64,000 nucleotides of DNA from Hydrolagus colliei (Eukaryota): assembly GCA_035084275.1 (NCBI GenBank), contig CM068752.1, forward strand, positions 13,020,001 through 13,084,000. Reading direction: 5' to 3'. The stretch's first letter is position 1. Every line of letters starts with the position of its first letter. The notes under the pieces are model-generated. The model made no database searches. It was not told where the DNA came from and saw nothing but the letters and a program-made list of their open reading frames with translations. Both the position numbers and the translations under genes were made by a program. This document shows positions 62,301 through 64,000 of this stretch, piece after piece.

Positions 62301-62771
62301 AAAGTGCAGCTGCTGATTCAGAAGGGACGAGCAGGTGGCTAGAGCCAGCCGATCGGAGGCAGCGGGTGGTGGAGTGCAGAGAAAGCAGGTCAGAAAGGTG
62401 AGGAGGTGCCAGAGTGGTGAAGGGATTTATAGAGCAGTGCTAGGATTTTGAAAAGGATCTGTTCTCTGATAGTGAGCCAATGGAGCCTGGCGAGGACTGA
62501 CGTGATGAAGGAATGAGCTTGTGGATAGTGGCGCTGCGGAGACTGATGAGTAGAGTATTGGAATAGTCGATCAGGAGGTGACATCACATCTACATAAATT
62601 CTAACAATCACTCTTTTATGATCAACCAGCTGAGCCAGGGGAGCACTGCATGCAAAAGGAACAAACCCATCTCAGAATGCTGACAGGAAGTTTACTAAAC
62701 AGCCAGAGTCAATGAAACCAGCAGGAGATGATTCAGAACAAATTACTTATTGCAATTTGCAGATAAAATAA
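50328..62771 (+). CDS. Siglec/sialoadhesin-like Ig receptor with duplicated V-C2 cassette, TM lysine and ITIM tail (spliced)
   Basis: Leader 50328-50379; V1 54785-55150; C2a 55301-55603; V2 57198-57551; C2b 57702-58004; damaged Ig exon ~59096-59290; Ig 59609-59860; TM 60792-60881; cytoplasmic 61238-61299, 61891-61953 and ~62676-62771. All extracellular exons are phase 1. V motifs WGVS.P, C-S-F, NCS..I, DSG.YCFRFEI..W resemble the Siglec-1 V-set (WGVSSP...DSGTYNFRFEI...RW, from memory). Confidence 0.85.
51512..52431. mobile_element. Tigger-type MITE with subterminal direct repeats and CT-rich core
   Basis: TA|CAGGTACCCCACCCTAACC ... GGTTGGGGAAGGATACCTG|TA; three aaacttac(t)cccc..tatccccatg units at ~52170-52340; a solo end of this family lies at ~29861-29892. 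Confidence 0.8.
52751..52824. repeat. 20-bp tandem repeat, ~3.7 copies
   Basis: aaatgatggctcatatctgt units. Confidence 0.9.
53247..54705 (+). mobile_element. Tigger deletion derivative (HTH psq and CENP-B HTH, no DDE) interrupted by an L2 3' end
   Basis: TA-flanked CAGG..CTATTTAGGAC TIRs; peptides RQVITLNTKVEVIKLIATGEK and MERMLIVWIEDQ...RGWFQR; L2 insert at ~53781-54080. Confidence 0.88.
54785..55150 (+). CDS. Siglec-like V-set exon, copy 1
   Basis: ccacag|CTTCTACC...GTGTATG|gtaaat; 366 nt open; YCFRFEIQDFDSW. Confidence 0.88.
55301..55603 (+). CDS. Siglec-like C2-set exon, copy 1
   Basis: tgttag|GTCGTC...GTAAAAT|gtaagt; 303 nt; LSCSS..LTWEG..IKCVV. Confidence 0.88.
56144..57109 (+). mobile_element. 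Duplicated Tigger remnant with an additional ~500-bp internal deletion
   Basis: MERMLIVWIDDQNQRNIPL...ASRGWLQRFK; lacks the psq part and the L2 insert seen in unit 1; right TIR intact. Confidence 0.85.
57198..57551 (+). CDS. Siglec-like V-set exon, copy 2
   Basis: ccacag|CTTATGCC...GTGTATG|gtaaat; 354 nt open; IIGKWFKG, YCFRFEIQGFRSW. Confidence 0.9.
57702..58004 (+). CDS. Siglec-like C2-set exon, copy 2
   Basis: 303 nt; differs from copy 1 at 2 nt. Confidence 0.9.
59071..59290 (+). pseudogene. 5'-damaged Ig exon of the Siglec-like gene
   Basis: Frame gives NCELGTVTVWYK...DSGIFTCVVNNSQG...INVM with a good donor (T|gtaagt). There is an in-frame TGA at 59092, no polypyrimidine acceptor, and a CR1 fragment directly upstream. 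Confidence 0.6.
59351..60119 (+). repeat. ~160-bp diverged direct repeats (59351-59509 / 59961-60119) flanking an Ig exon
   Basis: Shared gcacatcaatagatcactgtcacttgctaaactg...aagatttgtcta...caaattctc...cttccccaatcca. Confidence 0.85.
59609..59860 (+). CDS. Siglec-like membrane-proximal Ig exon
   Basis: ttacag|ATGGAC...AACCAGA|gtaagt; 252 nt; YKCVTDANPPANIIW...VSCRAENKYG. Confidence 0.88.
60792..60881 (+). CDS. Siglec-like transmembrane exon with central Lys
   Basis: ttgcag|GTTGG...AACCAAA|gtaagt; WSAILLFMSVKVIFVLLLMVACCVKFLNQ. Confidence 0.88.
61238..61299 (+). CDS. Putative cytoplasmic exon 1 (TKQMKNNSQAVVIHEFPTSIQ)
   Basis: Strong acceptor ttttgttttgtattccatcag, donor CAG|gtatat; phase 1 in, phase 0 out. 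Confidence 0.6.
61891..61953 (+). CDS. Putative cytoplasmic exon 2 (DNRVIEEDNNPQEEFEYENCK)
   Basis: ttggcag acceptor, phase 0, acidic stretch and a YEN motif. The donor (AAG|gttgga) is weak; read-through stops at 62073. Confidence 0.55.
62676..62771 (+). CDS. Putative last exon with ITIM (…DDSEQITYCNLQIK*)
   Basis: Open frame 62634-62771 ending in I-T-Y-C-N-L (62742-62759), then TAA and AATAAA at 62777. The acceptor is uncertain (62675 phase 0, or 62638 phase 2). Confidence 0.55.
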   Translation, partial: NADRKFTKQPESMKPAGDDSEQITYCNLQIK

Positions 62772-64000
62772 GCTTGAATAAAACAGGTTATTTTATGCTT
62801 TCATGAAACTGATTATTTTCCATGATTAACTCCGATGGCAATGACTTGATTTGTTGCTGGCAGCAAAGTTACTGCTTACAGCGTTCCATTCTAATGATGA
62901 TGATAGAAAAAAAGCTTTGCTTCTTTATAGCTTCTGTAATGTCAAAACACAATTAATAACAATATTAATCCTTGCATTTGATATAACGCTTTACATATCT
63001 TCTAGACATCTCAAAGCGCTTCACTGAATATTCTGTAAAGTGAAAGGACTATATTTTGTGCGCGAGAGAAAGGAGAAAGGAAAAATAAATGGTATTAAAA
63101 GATCTGGCATGATCTACTAGATAGCAACAACTTGCATTTATATAGAGCCCTCCATTACAGGGTAGTGACTCGGAATCCTGCTGAACCTATGGAACATTCA
63201 CTCTGAATGACGCACCTGTTTCTACTAACAGTGCACTTGATACAAAAGTCCCGAACATGTCAGAGCAGAGAATTTTGCATGGTGCCAAGATCAGTGACAT
63301 GCTTTTATTAATGTGGGTTGGGGTGGGGGCAGGGGGGTGGGGAGTGTGGTTGGGGAGGAGGGAATCCCTTTCCTGATCAGCAGAATGTCACCCTACCGAC
63401 TGAGTTAAGGAACAATAACATTGATGCTTGGCAAACAGCAGCCACCAGACTAACCACGGAGTAGCAACTTTGTTTATTGTACCTACATGGAGATATTGAG
63501 TCATTGGGAAAGGCATTGTTCACTTACACTGGAAAAAATGAAGGAAGCTCAAAAGAAGATATTACTCAAATCTATACAATTGCAAAGAAATGATAACTAA
63601 TGTTAACCATTAATGTGAGCAAGAAAGGAAATCATTTTTACATTACAACAGTTCTTAGCAGAAAATGTCATTTTAAAAAGCACTTTAATTAGCTAAATTA
63701 TTTCCGCTTTGATATAGTGACAATGCTTTTCGGTGTCTTTGTTGTATGATCGAATATATAACATTGACATTAAATATGTTTTACATGCAGATCATCATCC
63801 CATTTTTGATTGTGTTATTAATTTACTGCTTTAGTTCTTCTGCTTGGTGATTCAGCCATTTTTTGCTAATTCAAAGTAAAGTGGAGTTTTCCTCCTGGTT
63901 ATCCTGATTTATATTCATCCAAACTTTGCCATATTTAAATGAATAGCCTGTTGCTCTTCATAGTTCCGCCAATTTACAATTAATTGTCTGAAGTACTTTG

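Overview
Vertebrate genomic DNA, most likely from a cartilaginous fish (chimaera/holocephalan; inferred from the dominant tRNA-headed SINE and L2/CR1 repeats). Three intron-containing genes lie on the + strand. (1) The last five coding exons of LMAN2/VIP36 (752-12651; ends KRFY). (2) A complete 11-coding-exon PDCD4-family gene (23120-41903, 451 aa) with PDCD4 intron phases but rewritten regulatory motifs; it is probably the PDCD4 paralog rather than the ortholog. (3) A Siglec/sialoadhesin-like receptor (50328-~62771). One leader exon feeds two tandem V-set+C2-set cassettes made by an intragenic ~2.4-2.8 kb duplication. The two V domains differ mainly on the predicted sialic-acid-binding face, while the C2 exons are ~99% identical. 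The shared tail has a transmembrane lysine, a YEN motif and a C-terminal ITIM. Introns and intergenic DNA are packed with SINEs, L2/CR1 fragments, hAT elements with perfect 8-bp TSDs (two carry an intact BED-finger ORF) and Tigger/pogo MITEs. Three separate sites show short local templated insertions. Most ORFs in the supplied track are low-complexity or repeat artefacts. Three N-gaps fall inside GA-rich minisatellites. Exon coordinates were derived by hand from splice sites and reading frame; repeat boundaries are approximate unless TIR/TSD are given.
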